Origin: a virus
Taxonomy: Duplodnaviria > Caudoviricetes
IMG/VR virus record: IMGVR_UViG_3300037780_000111
Coordinates: 1-39,732 of that record
DNA length: 39,732 nucleotides
Strand: one strand, 5' to 3'
Within the stretch, counting starts at the first letter, position 1, and every line of letters begins with the position of its first letter. Shown piece after piece: positions 39,150 through 39,732 of the stretch. Made by a program: the position numbers and the translations under genes. A model generated the notes under the pieces. That model had not been told where the DNA came from, made no database searches, and saw nothing but the letters and a program-made list of their open reading frames with translations.

Positions 39150-39732
39150 AAATGAACTTTTAGAGGGTTTATTAGAGTCCGAAAAAGGAAATCAAGGTAT
39201 TGATATACTTAAATTAAAAAAAGTAGATGAATATGAAAAAATAAAAAAAGAAGTATTTTCGATTATTGAAAAAAAGCCTGCATCTTTTATTTGTAACGAT
39301 AATAATTTAAAATCTAAATTTATTAAAGATTATGATGATGATTTAAAACAAAAAATTATCGAAGTTTCAAAAAAAACAGGAAAACCTAATACCACTTATA
39401 ATCAAATTATAGGCGCAAACAGAATATATAAATTATTTAGAAAATCTCCAGGTTGGGTAGAAGATGGTGTAGATTTTGTAAAATATCATAAAGAAGGCGA
39501 ATTATGGAAATTTTATTATGAAAATGAATTTCCATATTTGACAAAATATTTAAATAATGATGATTTTTTAGTAAGAGCATGGATTAACGGTTTAATGCCA
39601 AATTCTTCTTTTAAACCCCATAAAGAAATTTTAACCTATAAGTATAAACAATGGAACGTAATGATTCCTAGAATTCATATAACCTTTGTGAATGATACAA
39701 ATAGTTATTTTAATTTAAATGGAAAAAATTAT
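39142..39732 (+). CDS. 2OG-Fe(II) oxygenase, Asp/Asn beta-hydroxylase-like, 3'-truncated (not in ORF track)
   Basis: Manual translation from ATG 39142 is open to the window end (197 codons, MNRNELLEG...); contains RAWINGLMPNSSFKPHKE (HxE)...PRIHI. Confidence 0.62.
   Translation, partial: MNRNELLEGLLESEKGNQGIDILKLKKVDEYEKIKKEVFSIIEKKPASFICNDNNLKSKFIKDYDDDLKQKIIEVSKKTGKPNTTYNQIIGANRIYKLFRKSPGWVEDGVDFVKYHKEGELWKFYYENEFPYLTKYLNNDDFLVRAWINGLMPNSSFKPHKEILTYKYKQWNVMIPRIHITFVNDTNSYFNLNGKNY

Noticed and set aside
18838-39732. RiPP cluster interpretation (SPASM enzymes plus precursor peptide)
   Set aside because: No intergenic gap above ~72 bp to hold a precursor and no peptidase, RRE or exporter seen; cannot be excluded outside the window.
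1-39732. Stop-codon reassignment as in some large phages
   Set aside because: TAA, TAG (e.g. 20867, 22397) and TGA (e.g. 21474) all end genes at tight junctions and coding density is near complete in code 11.
1-39732. tRNA, CRISPR array, intron, intein, transposase, diversity-generating retroelement
   Set aside because: No intergenic room, no nucleotide-level direct repeat arrays, no split ORFs, no RT or transposase motifs seen by eye.

Overview
Densely coding, AT-rich segment of a large tailed dsDNA phage (T4-like or jumbo myovirus type; standard genetic code; no RNA genes, CRISPR arrays or mobile elements seen). Left half (1-18770): virion tail/baseplate module with a >3200-aa 5'-truncated structural protein, a 203-aa tail protein, three fibre paralogs sharing an N-terminal anchor domain and three ~330-aa paralogs, punctuated by T4 late-promoter-like TAAATA motifs. 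Right half (18786-39732): a perfect sigma70 promoter inside a 26-bp palindrome opens a >20 kb cluster of tailoring enzymes: 4 GT-A glycosyltransferase-like proteins, 8 radical SAM enzymes (3 with N-terminal twitch domains, 4 with C-terminal twitch/SPASM, 1 B12-dependent), a class I methyltransferase, a QueC-like PP-loop ATPase, 5 2OG-Fe(II) oxygenase-like proteins, 2 kinase-fold proteins lacking catalytic motifs and a class III aminotransferase. The best candidate for an undescribed system is this phage-encoded biosynthetic/modification cluster, including a thrice-repeated N-twitch plus C-twitch radical SAM pair; its substrate (virion proteins/glycan, host surface or DNA) cannot be determined from sequence. 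All product calls come from motif reading by eye, not database searches.
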